Part shown: positions 46,362-56,726 of the stretch, one piece after another
Layout of the letters: every line of letters starts with the position of its first letter
Numbering within the stretch: position 1 is the first letter of the stretch
Origin: Parcubacteria group bacterium Gr01-1014_8
GTDB lineage: Bacteria > Patescibacteriota > Minisyncoccia > Phycocordibacterales > UBA2100
DNA: 64,000 nucleotides
NCBI GenBank assembly: GCA_007376385.1
Contig: VMGC01000002.1
Coordinates: 1-64,000 of the forward strand
Direction of reading: 5' to 3'
The notes under the pieces: model-generated
Database searches by the model: none
Told to the model about the DNA's origin: nothing
Seen by the model: only the letters and a program-made list of their open reading frames with translations
Program-made: the position numbers and the translations under genes

Positions 46362-46868
46362 TTACCACGAACCCGTATTTTGCATCGATGTCCAGGGCTC
46401 TTCCAGCGGGAGCGCATTACCTATCTGCAGGAGTTCAATTGATATCCCGTCGGGGGAGCGTATGAACGCCATGCGGCCATCGCGGGGAGGGCGGTTGATG
46501 GTGACGTCGAGTTTTTGGAGACGTTCACAGTATTCGTAAATGTTATCTACTGCATACGCTACGTGTCCAAAATTCCGACCGCCTGTATATTCTTCAGGCT
46601 TGCCTAACTGAGCAGGCCAGTTGTACGTGAGTTCAAGCAAAGGTGCTTTCTTTTTGTCCATGTCTACGTCACCTGCCTGCGCCGCGGATTGCGTCGCGGC
46701 AGGCAGGTCGCCTGGCGCCTTTAGAAACACATTCGTGTATTTTCCTTTCTCGTCGTCTCGTCTACTGACCTCTTGAAGCCCGAGCTTATTGCAATAGAAA
46801 TCCAGTGCTTCATCGAGATCTGTAACTCGGACCATCGCGTGCAGGTAATGCATGCAGAAATTGTACAT
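46362..46868 (-). CDS. VOC/glyoxalase I family protein
   Basis: [22 protein letters not shown]... and [17 protein letters not shown] show the glyoxalase beta-alpha-beta-beta-beta pattern. The start is possibly at MHYLHAMV. Confidence 0.78.
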   Translation of the reverse strand: MYNFCMHYLHAMVRVTDLDEALDFYCNKLGLQEVSRRDDEKGKYTNVFLKAPGDLPAATQSAAQAGDVDMDKKKAPLLELTYNWPAQLGKPEEYTGGRNFGHVAYAVDNIYEYCERLQKLDVTINRPPRDGRMAFIRSPDGISIELLQIGNALPLEEPWTSMQNTGSW

Positions 46869-46894
46869 TAATCAGATTTTTTCTAAAAGAGGGG

Positions 46895-47578
46895 TTATTT
46901 CTTAGGCAGATCTTTTAGCCACATGTCGTTCGGAAGCTCAACGTCGAGACGGTGCCTGGCTCCCTCAAGGCTCACGAATCCCAAACGGACTGCAATATTA
47001 TCGTCCGTTATCGGTATGTTCTCTTCTCGCAAAAAATTCGTCGCAACTGCTATAGCCTCAGCGTGGATCCTATCTTTAATTTCTCGCGGCGAAACAAAGT
47101 CTCCGCTTTCCCATTTGAACTTTTTCTTGGCACTGTGCCATATTGCGCGAGGTCCTTTTGAGTCGTAGGGGTGTTCTGAGAAATACAAGATATGCCGGAG
47201 TTCCGAGGCGGCAATAAGAGCGCGCGCTAACATAGTTTCCACTATTTTGATGTCAGCATGTATGTGCGAGATTTGCTCATCGGAAAATGCAGCGTCACCC
47301 TCGTCGATGTATCCACGGATGGCTCCCAAGTTTTGAGCGACATTTTTTCGTGCATAGGTCAATTCATCTCGCAGATGCTTCGCTCTTTCGTTATACTTAC
47401 TCGCAACTTTTTTCTCCATAACTCCGCGCATTTGCCCGCCAAGGTATTCGTAATTATTCGCGGAGACAGTAAGCGTTCTCAATAATTCATTTTTCTGGAG
47501 TTCGTTTGCGGTGGGCTCACTGGTGAGCGGGATATTTTGGCGAGGTCGATCGGGAGAATTGCCCATAGGTACCCGCAT
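46895..47578 (-). CDS. hypothetical protein (227 aa)
   Basis: No recognisable domain. Confidence 0.55.
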   Translation of the reverse strand: MRVPMGNSPDRPRQNIPLTSEPTANELQKNELLRTLTVSANNYEYLGGQMRGVMEKKVASKYNERAKHLRDELTYARKNVAQNLGAIRGYIDEGDAAFSDEQISHIHADIKIVETMLARALIAASELRHILYFSEHPYDSKGPRAIWHSAKKKFKWESGDFVSPREIKDRIHAEAIAVATNFLREENIPITDDNIAVRLGFVSLEGARHRLDVELPNDMWLKDLPKK

Positions 47579-47617
47579 TGTATCTCATGCGGTTTTCTAG
47601 CCAAAGAATGAAGAAAC

Positions 47618-48277
47618 TTAATGCGCCAACCCTTTCTTAATGGCATCCAGAAACTCGTGTGCGTCAGATTTTTCATCTCGGGCAACTTTATAGGGGAGCG
47701 TGACGTCTGCGAGTGATATGTATTTCTTTAGGCGGTAGCGAAGTAGTTCTGGATAACAACGAGATAGAGCTTCGAGGTCACTTTCGCCTTTATTGCGATT
47801 GAAAGAATCTCCCCATACTACTGGCTTAGGCTCCGTCATGTACTGTTTGAAAAGCTTCTCGCGAGCAGTTTCGCCCGCCTCAAGGTGAATGACCAGGCTC
47901 CGATCCTTCAGTTGTTTTTGAATATCAGGTGAAAGATACACAACGCTTCCGGTTGCATCAATGATCGTATTGCCTTTGATGGAATGTAGCGCATGACTTA
48001 CAGAGTCTTCTTCAAGTTGAAGATATTGCGCTTCTCGCTCCTTATATAGGGGTGTGTATGGCTGTCCCATCCACGTGCCTAAGCCTGCCACGTCTTCCGA
48101 CTGCAGGAGTCCTGGGATTCGGGAAGCAATGACGTTATCGCAATTAATGTGGCGAAAACCGATAAAGCTGAATTGCTGTCCGCGATACGATTTGCCGATC
48201 GCAGACATACCAATAAACGTAATGACCAGTTTGCCGCTCTCTAGTCGAGAGTCGAATTCTGCAGGGGAGAGGAGCAT
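47618..48277 (-). CDS. P-loop NTPase/kinase-like protein
   Basis: Walker A-like ITFIGMSAIGKSY resembles shikimate/AAA-type small kinases. Confidence 0.55.
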   Translation of the reverse strand: MLLSPAEFDSRLESGKLVITFIGMSAIGKSYRGQQFSFIGFRHINCDNVIASRIPGLLQSEDVAGLGTWMGQPYTPLYKEREAQYLQLEEDSVSHALHSIKGNTIIDATGSVVYLSPDIQKQLKDRSLVIHLEAGETAREKLFKQYMTEPKPVVWGDSFNRNKGESDLEALSRCYPELLRYRLKKYISLADVTLPYKVARDEKSDAHEFLDAIKKGLAH

Positions 48278-48507
48278 AGGTTCAGGTCGTGGCAGAAATG
48301 GAAATAATGTTTCCCATACTACCCTTAATCGGGCAATTTACCAGCATTAAGACTATTGGCCTTATGGCTTGGCTTTCCGAACTGGCGAGTCAGCGTGCAT
48401 GGATAGCCCTAAGTATACGGAAATTGTCGGCCAGCTTGCCGGCTTCTTAATTCGGTTTACTGATACACTGGTACAATTGTATCTATTATCGGGTAACCTC
48501 GACGAAT

Positions 48508-49122
48508 ATGGTAGAGAGTGCTACGCCTGAAAAGGGAGTAACGTCATCAGACGATCAGCTATCAGCAGAGGAAGGTGCGCGATTAGAATCCATTAAACAG
48601 GGAGACACATGGCCTACCGTCGAGTATTTGACGAGCCATCCGCGCGTCATAGATGCCGTCTTGGATAGTCCGGAAGGTATAACCGCGATGCGAGTCCTTA
48701 TAGAGCGCGCAGTAAAGCCGGAACAAAGGAAGAAACTTCTCGCAACCGCCAAAACACTTGTAAAAGAAAAGGCAGGTAATATTGAGACAGCTGACACGAT
48801 TTCTACGGCATCTATTTTTACAGGTGGCATGCTCGGCACAGGTGCGGCACTTTTTGCTGCTGCGCACTTCGTTTTTCAAGACGAATTCGGAGCTGATCCA
48901 AATGCGATGCCCATAGACTTAATTCTGGCACTTATCCTTGTTGTTGCAGCGGTGATCACGTTGGGGGCTGGTGGACTCGCATCAAAAGCGATGAAGGTGC
49001 CGCGTCAGCATCTCGATTCTGTATTTGAGGAATTGTTCGGGCATGAATGGAGAAAGACACGGCAGGGCGCGAATCGTGATCCAAGAAATGGTCCTATGGA
49101 CGATCCGTATCAGTACCTGTGA
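48508..49122 (+). CDS. hypothetical membrane protein (204 aa)
   Basis: Two C-terminal TM helices. The stop overlaps the 3' end of the tRNA-Glu on the opposite strand. Confidence 0.55.
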   Translation: MVESATPEKGVTSSDDQLSAEEGARLESIKQGDTWPTVEYLTSHPRVIDAVLDSPEGITAMRVLIERAVKPEQRKKLLATAKTLVKEKAGNIETADTISTASIFTGGMLGTGAALFAAAHFVFQDEFGADPNAMPIDLILALILVVAAVITLGAGGLASKAMKVPRQHLDSVFEELFGHEWRKTRQGANRDPRNGPMDDPYQYL

Positions 49123-49191
49123 CCTCACGGGGAGTCGAACCCCGGTTACTTGCTTGAAAAGCAAGTGTCCTAACCATTAGACGATGAGGCC
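49120..49191 (-). tRNA. tRNA-Glu (anticodon UUC)
   Basis: The reverse complement gives GGCCTCATCGTCTAATGGTTAGGACACTTGCTTTTCAAGCAAGTAACCGGGGTTCGACTCCCCGTGAGGTCA. Confidence 0.85.
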
Positions 49192-49268
49192 GTGGAGACC
49201 ATACTAGCGCAAAAGGGGGCGAAAAAAAAGTATTCAAATTTAGTACATTCTGCTACACTCGCGGGATT

Positions 49269-49355
49269 GGAGGCGTCGCATAGTGGTCTAGTGCAGCGGT
49301 TTCGAAAACCGCCAGGGTGAATAGCCCTCGTGAGTTCAAATCTCACCGCCTCCGC
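49269..49355 (+). tRNA. tRNA-Ser (anticodon CGA)
   Basis: GGAGGCGTCGCATAGTGGTCTAGTGCAGCGGTTTCGAAAACCGCC... with a long variable arm, ending GAGTTCAAATCTCACCGCCTCCG. Confidence 0.8.
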
Positions 49356-49502
49356 AGATCGAAACTTCTCTGTCTGAAAGGGCGAATCCGTGGGGTTCTG
49401 CCTTTTAGGCATGGGTGGCGCGGTACCTAGGAACTGTACAAACGTCTTGTTAGTTTTGGGCTATAATGCGGGCATTAATTAATATATTCCTCGCAATACG
49501 AT

Positions 49503-50690
49503 ATGTCCGAAGCATTAAGAAGAAATGAGAATCTTGTTGACGAAGAGGCTCCGGAAGTGACGGAATATGAAAGACTGGTTGAAATGCTAAGACACGGAGA
49601 CGCGCAACAGCAATCTGAAACCGTCCCAACAGCTGAAGTCAGCCGGAGATCTGTGTTGCGTGGAGGGGCGGCATTGGCGGCAGTAGCCACGGCTCCGATT
49701 CTCGACCTTGTAATATCAGCTACCACTTCTCCTGCCGAAGCCGCAGAAAAGAAAAAAGAAGTTTATGATGCTGCGCGCAAATTGCTTGCAACCACAAGAA
49801 TCCACAATGGTGTACACATGGTTAACGTGTTCCACAATGGTGCGATAGTGCCTTTGGGTGAACTAAACACACAGGCTCCACTACGGGAGCAGCAGGATGA
49901 GATTGAAGATGACAGAATAGATCAAGTATTTGAAGAGTTGGGTTTCAGCGATGCCGTAGCCTTTGCGGAACGCTATAATGCAGATTTTCCACATCGCGCA
50001 GCAAATGACAAGACACGACTTGTCGAAGACGCGAACTTTGTCGCAAGAATGCGCGCTGCGAATGTAGATATTCCAATCCGTAATCCTCAATTCATTAACA
50101 TTCGCTTGGCAGTAATGATCTGGCTCGCGAGTGAACGTTTGACGCAAGATCATTCCAAAACGTTCATGTTGGGAGGAAAAACCTTTAACACGCCTGAAGC
50201 ATTAAAAGTCTTGCCAGGGCTGAAAGGAAATGGCCTTGCGCGTCTTTTGCTTGACCACGAATTGACTCCTCACTTGGAATTGATGATGGAGCTCGCGAAA
50301 AAGAATCTCCGAATCCCAGATTTAACGCGCCCTTCTGTTCCCGCGGTCGCTCAATTTATACGAGCTGTTGCAGGTGTCACCGCAGGAGGACAAATACCGG
50401 AAGGCATTTTTAGTCAGATGACCAGTATTTATCATCGGATGAGTCCCGATTTACACGGAAAAGGAACGGGAAGCGGCCCATCTTTTATTTACGGTCAATT
50501 CATCGCATCCCCCGTTGGAAAGCAATACAATGCTTTTCTCGATTTACTAAATGGTACGAAATTACCTCGTAATCAATGGGGCGATACGGAGGTTACAAAT
50601 TCAGATTTCGCGAGAGCACTTGAGAAGTTGCCGGCGGATGATCCAAATTTCGTCACCATCAACAAATATCTTCCGTGGTGGGGAAATTAA
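49503..50690 (+). CDS. hypothetical exported protein with twin-arginine (Tat) signal
   Basis: SRRSVLRGGAALAAVATAP is a Tat motif. The rest has no recognised domain. Confidence 0.65.
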   Translation: MSEALRRNENLVDEEAPEVTEYERLVEMLRHGDAQQQSETVPTAEVSRRSVLRGGAALAAVATAPILDLVISATTSPAEAAEKKKEVYDAARKLLATTRIHNGVHMVNVFHNGAIVPLGELNTQAPLREQQDEIEDDRIDQVFEELGFSDAVAFAERYNADFPHRAANDKTRLVEDANFVARMRAANVDIPIRNPQFINIRLAVMIWLASERLTQDHSKTFMLGGKTFNTPEALKVLPGLKGNGLARLLLDHELTPHLELMMELAKKNLRIPDLTRPSVPAVAQFIRAVAGVTAGGQIPEGIFSQMTSIYHRMSPDLHGKGTGSGPSFIYGQFIASPVGKQYNAFLDLLNGTKLPRNQWGDTEVTNSDFARALEKLPADDPNFVTINKYLPWWGN

Positions 50691-50809
50691 GGGCAATAGC
50701 AGATTAGATAATTCTGTACGATGCACCTCGCCCTTTTCCATTTTTCTACTCGTGGTTTGTTGAGAGTGGAGGGAAAGGGGCGAGGCGTAATATATGTTCT
50801 AGCCGGCAA

Positions 50810-51991
50810 ATGCATACAGTAGGAGTTTTATTTCGGATTTGCGATACAATCATTTCTATGAGTAAACTCGACCAGCCAGGCATGAGTCCTGATTTTAATT
50901 CCGACAATTATCTTGCCCGACTCGGCTTGGAGGCTGGCGCAAACAAAAATGATATCCAACAGGCGTTTCGCAGACTCATGAAGGCAAACCATCCTGACTT
51001 ACATCCTGAAGAGCGCGATAAGTTTGTGGAGATAAGTAAATCATTGGGCGAAGCGTACGATGGTCTGAAGAATGGAGTTACTCAAAAACCAAGCGGGCCG
51101 AACATTGCTGCAAGTGGTGTAGGAAACCCATTTGACTCGCCAGAATTCAGGGCAGCTGCTGCTGCGGAGATGCAAATGGAGCAGGCTTGGTATGACGCGG
51201 TTCAATCTCAATACGATGCAGCATACAAAGAGCTGAAACCGCAAGTTGATCTCGTACAAGACGAGTTATGGAAGAAATACGGCATAATAATTTCTACCGT
51301 CCCGCGGAAAGGCGAGAAATATGAAAATCCGAACATACAAGACGTTCTTCGATTGCTGAAAGATGTTGTTGAAAAGGTCGAAAATCTCCATCCGGATGAG
51401 CGTGCGCTTTTGCGAGGTTCTATAATCACGATAGAGACAGAAGAGCATACAAGTCCGTTCAAGTTTAGTACGAATGGCCGTTTTTACAGCGTGTCGAACC
51501 AGGTATATATGTGGGCAAATATTCCTGGCTTTCCATTTTCGGATACCCCATCCTTCGAAATTGCGCAAGACGCAAAACGTCTAAAATGGGCGTCCGGATT
51601 TACGGCGGCGAGTGGAACTTCAAAAATTGACGCGCAGATGATCCGATTGAGCATAACAGGCAAGCGGGAACCGGAGAAAGTAAGCCCGGATCCTTGGATC
51701 AGATTGTTGTCTGCGTTTGCGAGAGATTCCGGGGTTGCTGTCGCGTATGCCCGGGGCGAAAGGTCTCGAGATATTGCCCTGCAAGCAGTTGCAGACCTCC
51801 TATATTTGAAAGAACAGTGCATTGACCTGGGAGTTGATCTCAAGAGTCGCAATTTCAAAATCGAAGGCAAATTTGATACTGAGAAAAAATATTACGTGTA
51901 TACGCTGTTTATAGATGGTCGCAAAGGATACCATCCTGAAGATATGGTCGGAACCGTGTTGCGAATAAAAGATTTAATACGAAATCACTGA
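50810..51991 (+). CDS. J-domain (DnaJ-like) protein
   Basis: YLARLGLEAGANKNDIQQAFRRLMKANHPDL is a J-domain with the HPD motif. The remainder is unique. The start is possibly at 50864. Confidence 0.7.
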   Translation: MHTVGVLFRICDTIISMSKLDQPGMSPDFNSDNYLARLGLEAGANKNDIQQAFRRLMKANHPDLHPEERDKFVEISKSLGEAYDGLKNGVTQKPSGPNIAASGVGNPFDSPEFRAAAAAEMQMEQAWYDAVQSQYDAAYKELKPQVDLVQDELWKKYGIIISTVPRKGEKYENPNIQDVLRLLKDVVEKVENLHPDERALLRGSIITIETEEHTSPFKFSTNGRFYSVSNQVYMWANIPGFPFSDTPSFEIAQDAKRLKWASGFTAASGTSKIDAQMIRLSITGKREPEKVSPDPWIRLLSAFARDSGVAVAYARGERSRDIALQAVADLLYLKEQCIDLGVDLKSRNFKIEGKFDTEKKYYVYTLFIDGRKGYHPEDMVGTVLRIKDLIRNH

Positions 51992-52110
51992 AACGAACAG
52001 TATATCTTCAGAACATCGCTCCTGCCGGAAAGGCAGAACCCCGAACGCTAGCTTCGCCGCTCGAAAAGAGTTCGGACAAAGGATATAATTTCACCGCACG
52101 AAAGAAAACT

Positions 52111-52132
52111 GCGTCCCATGGGACGTTTTTTC
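52111..52132 (+). terminator. intrinsic terminator
   Basis: GCGTCCC-atg-GGACG followed by TTTTTT. Confidence 0.55.
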
Positions 52133-52339
52133 TTTCAGAGGAAGGGATCCGAAAGGCGGAGCGAGGAGTGAAGCGACGAGTGAGTCTAGTGCCGAACCGT
52201 GTCTGTAAATGACCTGGTACACTGTTCGCATGTTTGAGGTGGCCGACCTGTTTGGATATGCTGGAACCCTTACCGGGATATCGTTCATGATTCCCCAGGT
52301 ATATCACACGTACAAAACAAAAAGTGTTGAAGACATATC

Positions 52340-52543
52340 ATGGACGCATATGTGACGCCTACGTTCCGAGGCAGGGGGATTTTTACGTCATTACATTCCA
52401 GGGCAGAGGAGTATCTTCTCCGTGCCGAGCCCATAAAGCTCATTAGGATCACTGTTCTGTCAAACAATGCAGAGGCTGTGCATGCTTACAAAAAGGCTGG
52501 ATATGAGCCAGAAGAGCTCATCATGGTAAAAAAAGTGGTGTAG
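52340..52543 (+). pseudogene. GNAT acetyltransferase C-terminal fragment (67 aa)
   Basis: GRGIFTSLHSRAEEY...AYKKAGYE matches only the C-terminal acetyl-CoA-binding half of GNATs. The N-terminal half is missing. Confidence 0.35.
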
Positions 52544-52633
52544 GCGGCTATCCAAGGGGGGTTGCACACAAAAGGCATAAGGGATGGTACTATAAGGGCA
52601 TAGCAAACAATTAATCAGATAACTAATTCACGT

Positions 52634-52885
52634 ATGGCGAAATCGAATTCAGCATTTATGAAGCCGAAACAGTTGAGTCCAGAGTTGGAAGCTGTGGTTG
52701 GAAAAGGACCAATGCCTCAATCCGAGGTTGTTAAGCAGATGTGGGTATACATCAAGAAGCACGATCTCCAGAACCCAAAGAATAAGAGGAACATCTTGGC
52801 AGACGACAAGCTTAAGGCGATCTTCGGAAAGAACGAAGTCACGATGTTCGAGATGAGCGGGCTCGTCTTCAAACACCTCTCTTAG
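52634..52885 (+). CDS. SWIB/MDM2 domain protein
   Basis: PELEAVVGKGPMPQSEVVKQMWVYIKKHDLQNPKNKRNILADDKLKAIFGK matches the SWIB domain. Confidence 0.8.
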   Translation: MAKSNSAFMKPKQLSPELEAVVGKGPMPQSEVVKQMWVYIKKHDLQNPKNKRNILADDKLKAIFGKNEVTMFEMSGLVFKHLS

Positions 52886-52933
52886 AAGTCAGTTTTGAAA
52901 AAATGAAAGACACGCTATCATAGCGCCTCAGCT

Positions 52934-54226
52934 ATGAATGCTCTTCTGCGTTACCACAATGCGCTAGCCTATATTGAGGGGCTTGCAAATCTGCCGCACT
53001 CGGACGACTACATGTCGGGTCGTACAAAGCCGGCACTATTCTTAAAAAGAACGCGCGCCTTTCTGGACGCGCTTGGCCGCCCTGAGAAGGGCTTCAAGTA
53101 TGTCCACATCAGCGGTACCGCAGGAAAGGGAACTGTGACGACCATGATCCATGACGCGCTACATGCATCAGGGAAGCGCGTGGGTTCGTTCACGTCGCCG
53201 TACGTTACCGCGGCAATAGAAAAAATACGAGTAGGCCTGCCGGGAGAGGGGAACACATATATCTCTCCTGATGAATTTGCCGATATCGTCGATGAATTGA
53301 AACCACACATTGATTCTGCGCACTTTCGCGGTGCCTATGGGCGCCCTTCATATTTCGAGATCTACTTGGGGATGGCCCTCGTCAACTTCAGACAGAAAAA
53401 ATGCGAGTGGGTTATTCTGGAAGTTGGTGCGGGAGGTACGTATGACGCAACAAATATAATTGAGAAACCAGAGGTTACCGCCATCACCAGCATTGATTAT
53501 GACCACGTACAGATATTGGGGAAAACACTCCGCAGCATTGCCGATAACAAAGCGGGGATCATAAAAAAGGGTTCCACGTTCTTCACGTCAGAAAAAAGAC
53601 CCGGTATCGTAAACATGTTCAAAAGAACATGCGACCGCGTTAATGCCGATCTTACATACATCGCTCCCGAAACGGATCATCAGGAAACGAATAAAAAATT
53701 GGCCCAAGCAATATGTGATCATATCGGTCTCAAATCTCACATTTCAAAGAAAGCCATCGATAGCTCGATGCTCCCGTGCAGATTTGAGGTTATCGGGAAA
53801 CGTCCTCGGATCGTGCTTGATGGCGCACACAATCGGGCGAAAATGCAAAGTACTGCGGCAAACATACAAAAACTCCCATTTTCGCGATTGCATCTGGTAT
53901 TTGCAGCCGGCGCAATAAAAGATACGACCGCACTGTTTCAAGTGATAGCGCCTTTTGCGGACTCGGTGTATCTGACCAGATTTCAACACGCCATGGTGCC
54001 TTGTGCGGATCCAAAGATCCTGGCAAAAGACATCAAAAAATATCTCAAGCGCAGTGCATCAGTAACAATGCACCTGGATCTTAATGATGCCTTTGATGCC
54101 GCGCTTCGGGCTGCGGGTGCAGATGACATCATTCTTGTAACCGGTTCTTTTTATTTGAGCGGAGAGTTACGCAAGCGCTGGTATCCAGAGACGTGGGTCC
54201 TGTCGCATCGAAAAAGTTTTCGTTAA
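52934..54226 (+). CDS. Mur-ligase family protein, folylpolyglutamate synthase-like
   Basis: P-loop HISGTAGKGTVTTMI plus Mur ligase middle and C-terminal domain patterns. Confidence 0.78.
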   Translation: MNALLRYHNALAYIEGLANLPHSDDYMSGRTKPALFLKRTRAFLDALGRPEKGFKYVHISGTAGKGTVTTMIHDALHASGKRVGSFTSPYVTAAIEKIRVGLPGEGNTYISPDEFADIVDELKPHIDSAHFRGAYGRPSYFEIYLGMALVNFRQKKCEWVILEVGAGGTYDATNIIEKPEVTAITSIDYDHVQILGKTLRSIADNKAGIIKKGSTFFTSEKRPGIVNMFKRTCDRVNADLTYIAPETDHQETNKKLAQAICDHIGLKSHISKKAIDSSMLPCRFEVIGKRPRIVLDGAHNRAKMQSTAANIQKLPFSRLHLVFAAGAIKDTTALFQVIAPFADSVYLTRFQHAMVPCADPKILAKDIKKYLKRSASVTMHLDLNDAFDAALRAAGADDIILVTGSFYLSGELRKRWYPETWVLSHRKSFR

Positions 54227-54288
54227 TTTGGTAGACTTATCGCCATGCACATCAGCGCGAATAGCAGGAGGGCATAGTCACTTCGGAC

Positions 54289-54870
54289 ATGTTCTTTGAT
54301 CACTATGTTGCAGTTGGGATCGTAGCTACGACAATTGGCCTCATAAGCTACATACCGTACTTTCGAGATATTTTTCGTGGTACAACGAAGCCTCATCCCT
54401 TCTCGTGGTTTGCGTGGGGGACAATTACCGCAGTCGCATTTGCAGCGCAGATCGTTAAAGGCGGCGGAGCAGGAACATGGGCGACAGGCATCACTGTCGT
54501 TGCGTGTTATGGAATTGCGGCGCTCGCTCTTGTCAAAGGAGAGAAGACCATCTCAACGTTAGATTGGTTCTGTTTTGCAGGCGCTCTCTTTGGCATAGCG
54601 CTCTGGATAGCAACGTCAAACCCGCTTGCTGCGGTCGTTATTGTTTGCATTGTTGATCTTATAGCGTTCGTTCCGACGTTTGCAAAAGCATACCGCAAGC
54701 CTGATGAAGAAACCGTCAGCACATATTCACTTGGCGTTGCAAAATGGATCCTCAGCATTCTTGCGCTTCGCTCGGTTAATCTCACAACAGCGCTGTTTCC
54801 CGTCGTTGTTACCGTGCTCAATGCGGTCTTTGTAGTGATGGTTCTATTGAAGCGCAGACGCGCAGCCTAA
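54289..54870 (+). CDS. hypothetical membrane protein
   Basis: 193-aa ORF with 6 TM helices. Confidence 0.6.
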   Translation: MFFDHYVAVGIVATTIGLISYIPYFRDIFRGTTKPHPFSWFAWGTITAVAFAAQIVKGGGAGTWATGITVVACYGIAALALVKGEKTISTLDWFCFAGALFGIALWIATSNPLAAVVIVCIVDLIAFVPTFAKAYRKPDEETVSTYSLGVAKWILSILALRSVNLTTALFPVVVTVLNAVFVVMVLLKRRRAA

Positions 54871-54871
54871 A

Positions 54872-55747
54872 ATGGCCGAAGTCGCATGGCAAAATATACG
54901 AAGTCCTGTTACGATACCAACCATGGAGCGCCATTTCGGGAATCTTCTCGAGGCCCAATGGGACAAGGGCCATTTTTTGTGCGTGGGACTGGATCCGGAT
55001 ATTGAAAAAATTCCTACGACAGAAAAAAAGGCGAGTATTCGCGAGACCATCGCAAGCTTTAATCGCGCCATCGTTGATGCTACAAAAGATATTGTATGCG
55101 CATACAAACCCAACCAAGCGTTTTACGAAGCACAAGGTACCGAAGGCTGGGAAGCGCTCAAAGATACGGTCAGTTACATCAGAGAAGTTGCCTCGAATGT
55201 TCCGATTATTTTGGATGCGAAACGCGGAGATATTGGGAACACCAACAACGGGTACGAACGCATGGCGTTTGATTTTTTCGGCGTGGACGCTATCACCGTG
55301 CATGCGTATCAGGGATGTGAGGCGCTTGAACCTTTTTTTGCGAGGAAAGACAAAGGCGTATTCATACTGGCGCGAACGTCTAATCCCGGGGCGGGCGAAT
55401 TTCAAGACCTTGAAGTGGAAGGTGAGCCGCTCTACAAGATAATCGCACGAGCTGCTGTCAGATGGAATACAAATGCAAACGTGGGCGTTGTCGTCGGTAC
55501 GACATATCCAAAGGAACTGGCCCTCGTCCGAGCAGTTGTCGGAGAAATGCCGATATTGATGCCCGGAACGGGAGCACAGGGAGGCGACTTAGAAGCATCT
55601 GTTCGCTTAGGAAAAAATAAAGTTGGAAAGGGGATCATCATCAACGCATCGCGGGCGATACTGTACGTTTCCAAAAATGCGGATTTTGCGCGTCTGGCAA
55701 GAAGCAAAGCAGAAGAACTTCATAGCGCAATTCAAAAGGCACTGTAA
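54872..55747 (+). CDS. pyrF: orotidine-5'-phosphate decarboxylase (type 2)
   Basis: FLCVGLDPD and ILDAKRGDIGNT motifs. Confidence 0.85.
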   Translation: MAEVAWQNIRSPVTIPTMERHFGNLLEAQWDKGHFLCVGLDPDIEKIPTTEKKASIRETIASFNRAIVDATKDIVCAYKPNQAFYEAQGTEGWEALKDTVSYIREVASNVPIILDAKRGDIGNTNNGYERMAFDFFGVDAITVHAYQGCEALEPFFARKDKGVFILARTSNPGAGEFQDLEVEGEPLYKIIARAAVRWNTNANVGVVVGTTYPKELALVRAVVGEMPILMPGTGAQGGDLEASVRLGKNKVGKGIIINASRAILYVSKNADFARLARSKAEELHSAIQKAL

Positions 55748-55876
55748 TATGACCCCGTAACGAAATGTGCCTTAGGCTTGAACATCATATGAAAACAAAT
55801 CACCAAAACGGACAAATCAACAAAGTCGAACTTTATCTGTCGAGGATAGCAAGCGAAATGCGAAAGCGCAGGTTTC

Positions 55877-56025
55877 GCATTTCCGAGCGACACAGACAGC
55901 AAAGGTTTAAAACCCCGCGGCTTGCCTGCCTGTGCGATGCACGCAGACAGGCCGCGGAATTTGGGAAACGAGCAGCGCTCGTTTTCCAGAGTCCAGGGCT
56001 TGCCCTGGGGGTTGAAACCTTTCAT
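55877..56025 (+). repeat. REP-like repeat copy 1 (with nested GC-rich palindrome insertion)
   Basis: It shares gcatttccgagcgacRcagacagcaaaggtttaaaaccccgcggcttgcc ... gggttgaaacctttcat with 63362..63433. Copy 1 carries an extra approx. 77 bp holding three hairpins. Confidence 0.7.
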
Positions 56026-56084
56026 CCGACCACGCCGCGGCAGCCGGCAGGCGTCTGCCGCAAAGGCACATTTTCTAACGGAGT

Positions 56085-56726
56085 ATGACGAGCACGATGA
56101 CAGAAGCTGATGTACTGGATCTCTTAGAGCGTGTTGGTGCCTTCCGAAAAGGGCATTTTGTGCTTACTTCCGGAAGACACGGTGATACGTATATAAACAA
56201 AGACGCCATATATCCTTACACCCGCGAAACATCTGCGCTGTGTAGGGCGATGGCAGAAAAATTCAAAGACCTCAATATAGAGGTTGTCGTAGGTCCGGCG
56301 GTCGGTGCGGCCATTCTTTCTCAATGGGTCGCCTACCATTTGTCCGAGATGAACGGCCACGATGTACTGGGCATCTATGCGGATAAGGATGGCCAGGGCG
56401 GATTTATCTTGAAACGAGGCTTTGACAAACTGGCGGAAGGGAAACGAGTGATCGTTGTTGAAGATCTGATGACGACAGGCGGCTCGGTAAAAAAGGTCAT
56501 TGATGTCGTCCGTCAAAAAGGAGCAGAGGTCGTCGGAGTCGGGGTTGTGTGCAATCGAGGCAATGTGCTCCCCGAAGATATCGGGGATCCGCCGAAGTTG
56601 ATATCGCTTGTTGATGTGCAGCTCGATTCGTGGGAGGCAGCGGATTGCGCCTTGTGCGAGAGAAAAATACCCGTAAATCCAGACATCGGTCATGGAAGAG
56701 AATTTCTAGCTACGCATGGAATATAA
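56085..56726 (+). CDS. pyrE: orotate phosphoribosyltransferase
   Basis: GHFVLTSGRHGDTYINK and the PRPP-binding motif VIVVEDLMTTGGS. Confidence 0.9.
   Translation: MTSTMTEADVLDLLERVGAFRKGHFVLTSGRHGDTYINKDAIYPYTRETSALCRAMAEKFKDLNIEVVVGPAVGAAILSQWVAYHLSEMNGHDVLGIYADKDGQGGFILKRGFDKLAEGKRVIVVEDLMTTGGSVKKVIDVVRQKGAEVVGVGVVCNRGNVLPEDIGDPPKLISLVDVQLDSWEAADCALCERKIPVNPDIGHGREFLATHGI

Noticed and set aside
49121-49132. gacctcacgggg, which resembles the TATCTCACGGGG TIR
   Set aside because: It is the acceptor/T-arm end of tRNA-Glu on the minus strand. It has no partner TIR or TSD, so the similarity is coincidental.
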